A DNA stretch of 64,000 bases from a bacterium (GCA_965216635.1 OZ244188.1:2208001-2272000); one strand, 5' to 3'. Shown: positions 31,117 to 40,322, counted from the first letter of the stretch. Numbers and translations are program-made. The notes: generated from the letters alone by a model not told the origin.

Positions 31117-31177
31117 TCTTTTTTTTTGCTGTCTAGCTATTTTTTTTTGCTGGCTAGCTATTTTTTCTTTGTATGCT

Positions 31178-31390
31178 GGCGGGGACGCATTTTTTGCTTA
31201 TTCAAACATTTTGGAAAAAAAAAACATCCCCTGCAATTTTGTTTTTAGGTGGTTTTGGCGGGGACGCATTTTTTTCGTTAAAAAAAAACATCCCCTGCAA
31301 TTTTGTTTTTGGGTGGTTTTGGCGGGGACGCATTTTTTGCTCCAAATGGTTGACTAAGCAACCGTTTTGGAAAAAAAAACATCCCCTGCA
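31178..31390 (-). repeat. Three tandem REP-like hairpins with different loops, 3' of paralog 3
   Basis: Minus strand TGCAGGGGATG-Tn-[variable loop]-An-TGCGTCCCCGCC x3. Confidence 0.85.
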
Positions 31391-31405
31391 GATTTTTAAA
31401 AGCCC

Positions 31406-32557
31406 TTAACGAAAGCGCCAGATGAAATTTATTCTAAAGGCAGCTGGGTTTTTTATTTCCACTGATTTTGTGGTTGTTCTTTTGTATTCGCTTCTGGTTT
31501 GGGTTCGGGTGACAGTGGATCTGGCATTATATGAAGTACCATCCCGATTGTCAAGATTCAAACCAAAACGAGCTAAAGCTAAGTTGGGAATATTACCCTT
31601 AGGTAAATAAAACCCTATCACTCTGGTATCTGTTTGGGTGATTGGATCGTATGTTATGATTTCTTCTTTTTGCACGGAAATATCGGCTGAAATAAGCATA
31701 TAGCTCGCTTCTACAAAAAGATTTTTCCAGATAGGGTAATGGTAGCTCAAACTATAAACATTCGCTCTTTGTGATTTAAGTCCAGCACTAGAATCTAGCT
31801 TAACATTCGCCACTCCTATTCCCGCCGAAAAACCCTTAGCTATAAAATACTCTAGCAAAAGCACTTGGGAATCTAGCTTATCTGCACCAGCTGCCCAAGA
31901 GAAGTTGCTGAAAGAATATCTATAGTCGCCGTCTCTGTAGCCCACTTGAAAGCCGTTGCCCGCTAGAGCTTTTCCATTGCTGGTTTCTGAAGAGCCAGCA
32001 GTAGAAGATATATCTTCTAAAAGCAATCCATCAAAGGCTTTTTTGCACTCGTCGTCTGCAATAGGACTCGTAAAAGAACCCGTAAAGGCTCCTGAGAATG
32101 GAATTTCTTCTCCGTTTAAGCGAAAACGAATAGCGAAGGTTTGATTGGCATCAAGAATTATATAGTCTGTGGCATCGCTGTGGTCTGCTGCCATGTATAA
32201 TATTTCAGTACGGGTCTCAGTGCCTTCACAAATATCTACTGCGAGCTCTTCTCTTTGTTTTATGGGGATTTCTCCTAAGTCAATATCCGCATGCTTCAAA
32301 TCGGCAGTCAAATCACCCACCGTAACTTTCCCTCCTGTGCTTACTACGGTTGTTTTGGTTTCTATCTTGTTCGCCCCAAAAATCAGAGGATTAACTCCTA
32401 CAAACCAACCCTTTTGGGATGCTATCTCTGGAGCCTCCTGTGCCCGCAGACTGCCTACTCCCTGCATAAAAAAGAAAAATGCCGCTATAAATATTATAAG
32501 AGGCAAAACAACCATCTTCAACCAAGGTACGCTCAATCTCATATTTAATTTTTTCAT
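31406..32557 (-). CDS. Variable outer-membrane beta-barrel protein, paralog 3
   Basis: Signal peptide nearly identical to paralog 2; C-terminal FRINFIWRFR; divergent interior. Confidence 0.82.
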   Translation of the reverse strand: MKKLNMRLSVPWLKMVVLPLIIFIAAFFFFMQGVGSLRAQEAPEIASQKGWFVGVNPLIFGANKIETKTTVVSTGGKVTVGDLTADLKHADIDLGEIPIKQREELAVDICEGTETRTEILYMAADHSDATDYIILDANQTFAIRFRLNGEEIPFSGAFTGSFTSPIADDECKKAFDGLLLEDISSTAGSSETSNGKALAGNGFQVGYRDGDYRYSFSNFSWAAGADKLDSQVLLLEYFIAKGFSAGIGVANVKLDSSAGLKSQRANVYSLSYHYPIWKNLFVEASYMLISADISVQKEEIITYDPITQTDTRVIGFYLPKGNIPNLALARFGLNLDNRDGTSYNARSTVTRTQTRSEYKRTTTKSVEIKNPAAFRINFIWRFR

Positions 32558-32596
32558 TATAGATTTTAGTTAAAATGTATGCCTTGCGGCTAAAAA

Positions 32597-32701
32597 AGGT
32601 TCAAAACAAACCCTATTAGGTTCAAAACAAACCCTATTAGGTTCAAAACAAACCCTATTAGGTTCAAAACAAACCCTATTAGGTTCAAAACAAACCCTAT
32701 T
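32597..32701 (-). repeat. 5 x 21-bp VNTR in the leader of paralog 3
   Basis: Same AGGTTCAAAACAAACCCTATT unit, five perfect copies. Confidence 0.95.
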
Positions 32702-32776
32702 AAGATAACTATAGCAAAAAACAAAATAAATCAATCTTTTTTTTTGCTGTCTAGCTGTTTTTTCTTTGCTGTCTGA

Positions 32777-32897
32777 CTATTTTTGCTTTGCACCTTTTCC
32801 CATTTGGCTAGCTATTTTTACTTTGCACCTTTTTTCATTTGGCTAGCTATTTTTGCTTTGCACCTTTTTTCCCATTTGGCTAGCTATTTTTACTTTG
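32777..32897. repeat. About 3.4 copies of a ~35-bp tandem repeat
   Basis: CTATTTTT(G/A)CTTTGCACCTTTT..CATTTGGCTAG; resembles the MITE block TGCACCTGTTCTGACCATTTGGCTAGC. Confidence 0.8.
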
Positions 32898-33016
32898 ATG
32901 GCAGTTTTTTCTTTACTGTCTGACTTTATCTAAAATATTAGAGTTTATTCTTTTGAGATTACTTTTTTAGATAAAAATTCGCAAAAACATCTAAAAATAA
33001 GATAAATTAAAAATGA

Positions 33017-33300
33017 TAGACCTTTGAATTTGCCGAATAGGACAAAACCAGCTGTGACGGCTAGCCAAATGGTTAGAACAGGTGCAAAAAAAATTTTTGG
33101 GTCGCAGGAATATCGTAGTGCCACAATAACGGGAGCAGGCACTACAAAACTTGCATAACTTCCAAAAAGAAATGTAAAAGAGCCAGTGGCTCTTTTACTA
33201 TAACCCTTATGAAATAGATAGCAGTAAGAGAGTATTTCAAGGGACAAAATTTTTTTTTAAACTCTGCATAGGCTAAACAGAATGCAAATTCAAATGTTTA
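33017..33300. mobile_element. MITE-like element (opposite orientation)
   Basis: TAGACCTTTGAATTTGC...GCAAATTCAAATGTTTA; left ~110 bp is the reverse complement of the right arm of 37825-38089. Confidence 0.85.
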
Positions 33301-33308
33301 TATTATTT

Positions 33309-33983
33309 TCATAAGTTCCAAGTTGTAATAGTATTATCGGCTTTTAGAAAATTTTTTGTTTGCTCTGGAAAAAATTTTTCCATTTTTATCCCCACAGTAT
33401 AAACTCCCGCTAATTTGCCTGCCAAAATATCCAAATCTGCGTTGCCATAAAAAATCGTTTTTTCTGCTGCAAAGCCTGTTTTTTGGAGCATTTTTAAAAT
33501 CATTGCAGGGAATGGTTTTTTTTCTTCTCTGGCAAAGGAGGAGGATATGTGAATATTTTGTGAAGGGAAAAATTTTTTTAATTTCGTTTTTTCTAATTTT
33601 TTGAGTTGTGTTTCTTTATCGCCATTACTGATAATACCACATTGGTTTGTTTTTATTTTTTCTAAATAATCTAAGACGTAAGGAAAAAGTTCTAAATTTT
33701 CCCAAAACAGTCGCCAAAAAGAAATACTCATTTGTCCTAATGGAGCAGAAAATTTTAGAGCATAAAACTTTCCCATAAATTCAAATATTTTTTTTGGATT
33801 ACTGGAACCAAAGTGTCTACAGAAGCGATAAATTTGATTGAAGTTTGGAATTTTTTGCGTTTTGGATAGATTTTGCTTGAAAACTTCTGAGTAAGCCTTA
33901 AGATAACTTTGGCAAGTGTTAATAAGGGTATCGTCTAAATCAAAAAGTTGTAATGGAAATTCTTTAATATTTTTTGCGAACAT
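33309..33983 (-). CDS. HAD-superfamily hydrolase
   Basis: FDLDDTL, ISNG, KP and GNADLDI motifs. Confidence 0.88.
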   Translation of the reverse strand: MFAKNIKEFPLQLFDLDDTLINTCQSYLKAYSEVFKQNLSKTQKIPNFNQIYRFCRHFGSSNPKKIFEFMGKFYALKFSAPLGQMSISFWRLFWENLELFPYVLDYLEKIKTNQCGIISNGDKETQLKKLEKTKLKKFFPSQNIHISSSFAREEKKPFPAMILKMLQKTGFAAEKTIFYGNADLDILAGKLAGVYTVGIKMEKFFPEQTKNFLKADNTITTWNL

Positions 33984-33986
33984 TTT

Positions 33987-35804
33987 TTATTGTACTGTCA
34001 CAGATTTTGCCAGATTGCGAGGTTTATCAATATTGCGTTTAAGATACAAAGCAGAATAATAAGAAAAAAGTTGTGCTATTACAAGCTCATAAAAAGGAAC
34101 AAAATCTTTCATCATCGCAGGAATATAAAAGGCATAATCCATCAATTTTTCAATAGAATTTCCTTGTTCTACAAACCCCATTGATAAGCCATTTCTTGCT
34201 TTGACTTCTTCTAGTGCGATTAAACTGGATTCGTAGACTTCCTTTTGCGCTTTAGGAGGCATAAAAAATAAGGAGCAAACACTGGAATCTACCATAGCAA
34301 GAGTTCCGTGCTTCAAAAAACCTGCTGACATTCCTTCGGCGTGTAGGTAGGTCACTTCTTTCATTTTTAAGGCAGATTCCATAGCGATGGGATAGTAGAC
34401 ATCTCTTCCTAAAAATAGCCAATTTGATATTTTTGCAGTAATAGAAGCCAGATGGCGAACCATACCTGATTGCTCGTTTAATTCTTTACTTATAAGCGAA
34501 CTAAAATCTTGCATTCCTTTTTCTAATTCTACAACTTGTTTGCTAGTTAGTTTGCCATTTTTTTTACCTACATAAAAAGCTAATCTCATCAAAATCATAA
34601 TTTGTGAGAGAGCGGCTTTGGTAGAAACCACAGAAATTTCGGGACCTGAAAGTTGATAAATACAATCATCTACAGTTCTGCTAATAGAAGAGCCTTGCAC
34701 ATTGATAATACCAGAGGTTTCCATTCCGTATTTTTTTGCGGTTTTTAAGGCTTCTCTGGTATCGTAAGTCTCTCCGCTCTGTGATAGATAAAGGGCGTGG
34801 TAGGATTTTTTTACATTCAAAAGACTATTAAACTCATCGGAAGAAATAGCGGGCACATAGATACCAGCGTATTTAGAAAAAAGATAGCTACCCACCATAG
34901 AGACATAGTAGGTGGTGCCTACTCCCACAAAAAAAGATTGCTCGTATTCCAAAAATTTAGAGGCTACTTTTTCTGAGACATCTTTATCTATATTGAAACT
35001 ATTATTAATTGTTTGTGGTTGTTCGAAAATTTCCTTTAACATAAAATGTCTAAAACCTCCTTTTTGAAGATTTTCTACAGACCAGGAAATGGGTTGCACT
35101 TCTTTGGTTAGTTTTTCTTGGGTAGCTACTTTCTTGATTTCTACTTTTTCTTTGCTTAAAATTGCATACTCGCAGTCTTCTAGATAAAGGGCTTTACGGG
35201 ATTCGGATATAAAGGCATTAGCATCGGATGCAACAAAATTTTTTTTATCTCCTAATCCTATAATTAAAGGAGAATTTTTTTTGACAGCGTAAAGTTTTTG
35301 AGGTTCATAAGTAGAAAATAAAACTATTGCAAAGGAGCCTTCCAATTTTTTGATAGCTGCTATAAACGCATTTTCTAAAGAGGAATTTTCTTGATAGAGT
35401 TCTTGCACTAAATTAACTATTACTTCTGTGTCTGTATTGGAGTGAAAGGTATATTTTTTTTTTTGGAGTTTTTCACGCAGGCTTGCATAGTTGCCGATAA
35501 TACCGTTATGAACGATAGCAAATTTACCATCATTAGAAAAATGAGGATGGGCGTTTTTTTGGGTGACTCCGCCGTGGGTAGCCCAACGAGTGTGAGCAAT
35601 TCCGATGTTTCCTTGTAATTGACTAAATTTTTCCTTTTGGTTGACTTGTTTGACTTCGCCTACATTTTTTTTGAGTTCTAAACGTTTACCATCAAAAACA
35701 GTGATGCCGCAAGAATCATATCCTCTGTACTCTAGAGCCAATAAACCCCTATAAAGACTTAAAGAGACATCTCTGTTGCTAGCTATCGCACAAATACCGC
35801 ACAT
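33987..35804 (-). CDS. glmS: Glutamine-fructose-6-phosphate aminotransferase
   Basis: MCGI, EYRGYDS, HTRWATHG and PRNLAKSVTV motifs. Confidence 0.97.
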   Translation of the reverse strand: MCGICAIASNRDVSLSLYRGLLALEYRGYDSCGITVFDGKRLELKKNVGEVKQVNQKEKFSQLQGNIGIAHTRWATHGGVTQKNAHPHFSNDGKFAIVHNGIIGNYASLREKLQKKKYTFHSNTDTEVIVNLVQELYQENSSLENAFIAAIKKLEGSFAIVLFSTYEPQKLYAVKKNSPLIIGLGDKKNFVASDANAFISESRKALYLEDCEYAILSKEKVEIKKVATQEKLTKEVQPISWSVENLQKGGFRHFMLKEIFEQPQTINNSFNIDKDVSEKVASKFLEYEQSFFVGVGTTYYVSMVGSYLFSKYAGIYVPAISSDEFNSLLNVKKSYHALYLSQSGETYDTREALKTAKKYGMETSGIINVQGSSISRTVDDCIYQLSGPEISVVSTKAALSQIMILMRLAFYVGKKNGKLTSKQVVELEKGMQDFSSLISKELNEQSGMVRHLASITAKISNWLFLGRDVYYPIAMESALKMKEVTYLHAEGMSAGFLKHGTLAMVDSSVCSLFFMPPKAQKEVYESSLIALEEVKARNGLSMGFVEQGNSIEKLMDYAFYIPAMMKDFVPFYELVIAQLFSYYSALYLKRNIDKPRNLAKSVTVQ

Positions 35805-37009
35805 TAGTTTTTAAGAGAAATATTACTAGGTATTGTTTTTTTATTTTTCACAACTAACCCTCCTTCCATAGAATGATTGCTACCTATGTGAGCACCATCT
35901 CCTACAAAAACTCCAATTTTTTTGCGTCCTGTATCTATTTTTTTGCCTTTGGAGTTTTTAACAAAAATACTTTTATCTTCATAATCGTAGTTGATAGTTG
36001 TGCAGTAGTTTCCCATTTGGACATTTTTACCAATTACAGAATCTCCAATAAAAGAAAGTCTACCTATAAGAACATTAGAAAAAAGTATAGAATATTTAAT
36101 CTCTGTTCCGAATCCTATAAGACAATCATTTGCAATGGAGGTGTAGTTTCTAATTAAACAGTTGTTGCCTATAAAAGTATTATCACCTATATAACAGGGT
36201 CCTTGTATGGTGCAGCCTGAGCTAATAACACAATTTTCACCAAATCTTACAATTCCTATGATGCTTACATTATCTTTGATTTTTGTAGATGCGGGTATTA
36301 TAGAATGATTCCAAGATTTCATAACAAGGCGATTAGCATCCATAATATGCCAAGGATAAGAAATATCAATCCAATCTTCTTCGGATAGGTTCGCGTACAA
36401 TTTACCTTCCTTAATAAGCCTTTGAAATAAGACACCAATATTTTCTTTTTCTTGTTTGAGTATTTCAAAGGTATCTTTTTGTAAAAGATACATTCCAGAA
36501 AGAATATAATTAGAAAGTAGTTTTTTTCTAGTGTGGTTTTCTGTGATTTTTGTAATCTGCATATTATGGTTGAGATAAACATTCCCAAAAGAGCCTTTAG
36601 AAAAAGGATGCGTAATAGAAGCAATAGAGTAAGAAGAATTTTCTTCTAAAAAAGGCTTAAAAGAGAGTACATGCTTATTGGTTGTTAAAATATCTCCGTA
36701 GACTAATAAAAATTTTTCTCCTGCAATGTATTTTTCCGCACTCAAAAGAGCATTGCCGATACCCTTGCCTTTTTGAATTGCATAGTACAATTCTACTCCA
36801 AATTTCTGCCCGTATTCAAAATAATCCTGTATTAAATTTTTCTGATAGCCAACAACAATACAAATATTGGTTATGGAAAGTGTTTTGAGTTGCTGAATCA
36901 ATCTACTAAGCAGAAAATTCCCAGAACAGGGAATCATAGATTTTGTACGAGTTTCAGAAAAAGGAAAGAAATTTTCGTTTTTATTTGCGGTTAAAATGAC
37001 AGCTTTCAT
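35804..37009 (-). CDS. Sugar-phosphate nucleotidyltransferase + left-handed beta-helix protein (archaeal GlmU-like)
   Basis: Likely start ATG 37009 (MKAVILTA); YGD, WIDISYPW, hexapeptide repeats, DTGRKKIG. Confidence 0.8.
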   Translation of the reverse strand: MKAVILTANKNENFFPFSETRTKSMIPCSGNFLLSRLIQQLKTLSITNICIVVGYQKNLIQDYFEYGQKFGVELYYAIQKGKGIGNALLSAEKYIAGEKFLLVYGDILTTNKHVLSFKPFLEENSSYSIASITHPFSKGSFGNVYLNHNMQITKITENHTRKKLLSNYILSGMYLLQKDTFEILKQEKENIGVLFQRLIKEGKLYANLSEEDWIDISYPWHIMDANRLVMKSWNHSIIPASTKIKDNVSIIGIVRFGENCVISSGCTIQGPCYIGDNTFIGNNCLIRNYTSIANDCLIGFGTEIKYSILFSNVLIGRLSFIGDSVIGKNVQMGNYCTTINYDYEDKSIFVKNSKGKKIDTGRKKIGVFVGDGAHIGSNHSMEGGLVVKNKKTIPSNISLKN

Positions 37010-37143
37010 TATTTTTTGATCATTTTGAATTTTTCTTAGTATAATCAAAAAAATCAAGAGTGTCAATTTTTTTAAAAAGTAGTTAAATTTTCTTTTAAAG
37101 ACAAATTCATTGACAAATATAAAATTTTTTCTTACAAGTAACC

Positions 37144-37187
37144 GAGAACTTTGTATTGGCGTTTTGTTTAGCTAATTCAAAGGTCTC
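37144..37187. mobile_element. Minimal 44-bp MITE remnant
   Basis: GAGAACTTTGTATTGGC-GTTTTGTTTA-GCTAATTCAAAGGTCTC. Confidence 0.65.
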
Positions 37188-37209
37188 TATAATTATTTAA
37201 AAAACAAAA

Positions 37210-37821
37210 ATGGATAAAACAATCAAAGTAACAGTTTTTCGTTGGGCTGGTTCTTGGGGACCTTTCAGTGTTAAAATTCCTTGCGGAGAATGCTCGCTTA
37301 CTAAGGATGTGATTTTAGATACTTTTGAAAAAGAGTTAAAAAGTATCCCTGTTGAATTGGAGCTACACGACTGGCTCAGCGAATGGTGGAAACCTCTTAA
37401 AAAATTCGGTTGGCACGCTCCGATTGTGATGGTAGAGAACAAAATGATTAGTCAAGGAGCAGCTTTAAATAGAGGTGTTTTGACACAGGCTGTAATCCAA
37501 GCCTATACCACTCACAGCGAAGTGGAGGGCAACCATGTCTTTGGTAAAGAAACCTGCCCGCACTGTAAGCGAGCAAAGAATTATCTCAAAGAAGCAAGTA
37601 TTGACTATAATTACAAAGATGTTGTGCACGAACCAGTTGCAATGTATGAGATGCTATCCAGAGTAAAACCTATCGTAGGTCCTAAAACTCCGATTACTGT
37701 GCCACAAATTTGGATTGATGGAAAATATGTTGGGGGAGCGGACGCCTTAAGCAAAATTATTCACAAACCAGTAGAACCTAACCCCGACAGAGGTCAGTGC
37801 TCTATGTCTCCTTCAAGATAA
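37210..37821 (+). CDS. Thioredoxin-fold/glutaredoxin fusion protein
   Basis: N-terminal CGEC; C-terminal CPHC and TVPQIWIDGKYVGG. Confidence 0.88.
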   Translation: MDKTIKVTVFRWAGSWGPFSVKIPCGECSLTKDVILDTFEKELKSIPVELELHDWLSEWWKPLKKFGWHAPIVMVENKMISQGAALNRGVLTQAVIQAYTTHSEVEGNHVFGKETCPHCKRAKNYLKEASIDYNYKDVVHEPVAMYEMLSRVKPIVGPKTPITVPQIWIDGKYVGGADALSKIIHKPVEPNPDRGQCSMSPSR

Positions 37822-37824
37822 ATT

Positions 37825-38089
37825 GAGACTTTTGAATTTGCTTATCTAGTTTAGCCAAAACAAGCTTATTGCTTGGCGCTTTTTATGGGCTACTTATGGG
37901 CTATAGAAAAAGTGCCTTTTGGCACTTTTTCATTCCATTTGTATAAACAATGCTAAGTTTGTAGTGCCCTGATCTTATTATTGTGGCACTACGATATTCC
38001 TGCGACCCAAAATTTTTTTTGCACCTGTTCTGACCATTTGGCTAGCCGTCACAGCTGGTTTTGTCCTATTTGGCAAATTCAAATGTCTA
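37825..38089. mobile_element. MITE-like element
   Basis: GAGACTTTTGAATTTGC...GGCAAATTCAAATGTCTA plus family blocks. Confidence 0.85.
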
Positions 38090-38121
38090 TATAAATAAGA
38101 AAAAGAGCCATCCCACAATTT

Positions 38122-38892
38122 TTACCAAGTCCAGCCCAGTGTGAGACCTCTTGTATCTCCTCCATATTTTTCAGGTGAAGACCTGCGAAGGTAGTAGCCT
38201 ATACTAAAGCCAGCCCGAGTTACATATTTTATGCCTCCTTCTGTATAACCTCCAGATTCTTTTTTTCCACAGAAATCTACTCTGGTCACACCATTATCTC
38301 TACTTTCAATTTCATATTTATTGCACGCCTCAATAGTAACAGCACCTGCTCCTACAAAAAGGTCTAGACCTTTTTTACTTCGCCCTTTTTTAAAGTGAAA
38401 TCTGCCGCCCCAAGATAGCTCTAAAGTAGTAAAATTCAAAGATAGCGCACTATTAGAATCAGGATGTTCAAAACTAGAAGCTAAAGAACCAAATGCAATA
38501 CTAATTCGGGGTGTAAGATAAAGATCAAACAAAAGAGCACTAGCAGGGTGCCTATCACAATATCCTTCAACATAAACTTCGGGTCCTCTCTCTTTACAAA
38601 GACCATCAATTTCTAGAACTTCCTTACTACCAAACAGAAAATCTACAGAAAAATCAGGTTTGTTCACCGATGCTGTATTATTCTCAGATCCTCCTCTGCT
38701 AGTATTTCTATTGAACTTCACTTTACAAATCTTTTCAGCTTGGTCTATAGCTTTCTTATCGTCCGCTCCATCCGATTTTGCTCTCAGTCGCTCTAAGTTT
38801 ACACAATTAGAGAAGTCATCCGCAAAAAGAGTTATTCCTTGCAGCATAAATATAAATGCCCCAAACAATAAGACACATATTAGTTTTTTCAT
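38122..38892 (-). CDS. Cys-containing outer-membrane beta-barrel protein
   Basis: Signal peptide, three apparent Cys pairs, alternating strands, C-terminal GLTLGWTW. Confidence 0.7.
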   Translation of the reverse strand: MKKLICVLLFGAFIFMLQGITLFADDFSNCVNLERLRAKSDGADDKKAIDQAEKICKVKFNRNTSRGGSENNTASVNKPDFSVDFLFGSKEVLEIDGLCKERGPEVYVEGYCDRHPASALLFDLYLTPRISIAFGSLASSFEHPDSNSALSLNFTTLELSWGGRFHFKKGRSKKGLDLFVGAGAVTIEACNKYEIESRDNGVTRVDFCGKKESGGYTEGGIKYVTRAGFSIGYYLRRSSPEKYGGDTRGLTLGWTW

Positions 38893-38978
38893 AGTTATTT
38901 TAGTTAATAGATTAATTTAATTAGATATTTTAGATATTGAATAATACAACAATCTAAAATTAGATCTAATCATTGGCA

Positions 38979-39007
38979 ATGATACACCTTTTTTCCAAAA
39001 AAGTCAA
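38979..39007 (-). promoter_or_regulatory. Putative sigma70 promoter
   Basis: Minus strand TTGACT-N17-TATCAT, formed by the gene-proximal repeat unit. Confidence 0.65.
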
Positions 39008-39451
39008 CCTTTTTTTTCAAAAATCAGGTTAAACAGTCCAATACATTCCTGAATACACCTTTTTTCCAAAAGAGTCAACCTTTTTTTTCAAAAATCAGGT
39101 TAAACAGTCCAATACATTCCTGAATAAACCCTTATTCCAAAAAAGTCAACCTTTTTTTTCAAAAATCAGGTTAAACAGTCCAATACATTCCCGAGTACAC
39201 CTTTTTTCCAAAAGAGTCAACCTTTTTTTTCAAAAATCAGGTTAAACAGTCCGATACATTCCCGAGTACACCTTTTTTCCAAAAGAGTCAACCTTTTTTT
39301 TCAAAAATCAGGTTAAACAGTCCAATACATTCCCGAGTACACCTTTTTTCCAAAAGAGTCAACCTTTTTTTTCAAAAATCAGGTTAAACAGTCCAATACA
39401 TTCCTGAATAAACCCTTATTCCAAAAAAGTCAACCTTTTTTTTCAAAAATC
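38982..39451. repeat. About 6.6 copies of a 71-bp tandem repeat
   Basis: GTCAACC at 39003, 39074, 39145, 39216, 39287, 39358 and 39429. Confidence 0.97.
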
Positions 39452-39516
39452 ACACACATAACTTCTTTTATCTGTTCTCTACTCGTTTTAAAAAATGGTT
39501 TTTCTTTTTTAAGTTT

Positions 39517-40137
39517 TTATTTCCAAGAAACTTTTGCTTCACAAAAATACTTACGCCTTGTATTTTCAATTTTATTTATTTCGTCTTGGTAATGTTTCAA
39601 TGCTTGATTGCATAGTTCAACCATCCAATTCTTTCTTGTATTTTTTTCTATTCTAATAGAATTTGCGTTTGCTATTTGAATTTGTCCCCAACCAAGAGCA
39701 CCGATTCTCAAACATTCCCAAGCATAAAACTCTATCGGGTTGTAAGTTACATTTTTAATTTTTATTCCGCTGTCAGTAGTGTTATAATCTACTTTTAATA
39801 TCATAAAATGATTTAGACTGCTTTCTTCATAAAATTTACTTAACCTTTTTATCGAAATTAAATTAGGCATATTAAAAGAGCTGTCGTTCAGTCTGTGTGT
39901 TTTTATGTCTATGGCATAATAATTATTTTTCTTATCACGGTAGGATATATCTGCCATTGATTTTCTATTAACAGAAATAGTATATTCTTCTGTAATAACA
40001 AGGGTTTTAAAATTATCTGCTATTAATTTCTCAACAAAACTTCCTATTGCTCTAGGCTCTTTATCCTCTAGAACATGTGGTTGAGAATTGAAATGCTTCC
40101 CAAGTGTGTCTTCTATGTGTTTATATATACAGTCCAT
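39517..40137 (-). CDS. Putative type II restriction endonuclease (PD-(D/E)xK)
   Basis: VEK...ADISY...AIDIKT catalytic pattern; downstream of a DNA MTase. Confidence 0.7.
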   Translation of the reverse strand: MDCIYKHIEDTLGKHFNSQPHVLEDKEPRAIGSFVEKLIADNFKTLVITEEYTISVNRKSMADISYRDKKNNYYAIDIKTHRLNDSSFNMPNLISIKRLSKFYEESSLNHFMILKVDYNTTDSGIKIKNVTYNPIEFYAWECLRIGALGWGQIQIANANSIRIEKNTRKNWMVELCNQALKHYQDEINKIENTRRKYFCEAKVSWK

Positions 40138-40322
40138 TTATTTCCCGAATATACTTTTTTTCCAAAAGAGGCAACCTTTTTTTTCAAAAATCAGGTTAAA
40201 CAGTCCAATACATTCCCGAGTACACCTTTTTTCCAAAAAAGTCAACCTTTTTTTTCAAAAATCAGACACATAACTTCTTTTATCTGTTCTCTACTCGTTT
40301 TAAAAAATGGTTTTTCTTTTTT
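40129..40322. repeat. Two 71-bp units plus ~60-bp flank; direct repeat of ~39317-39510
   Basis: (G/T)CAACC anchors at 40170 and 40241; flank CACATAACTTCTTTTATCTGTTCTCTACTCGTTTTAAAAAATGG present on both sides of the nuclease gene. Confidence 0.92.

Noticed and set aside
30999..32701. 21-bp repeats as plasmid iterons or CRISPR repeats
   Set aside because: No spacers and no Rep gene; both arrays sit in leaders of chromosomal OMP genes
29399..32760. Integron cassette array with attC sites
   Set aside because: No integrase; the hairpins lack clear RYYYAAC/GTTRRRY ends and the genes carry their own promoters
38982..39451. CRISPR array
   Set aside because: The 71-bp period is CRISPR-like, but whole units repeat with no unique spacers and there are no cas genes in the window
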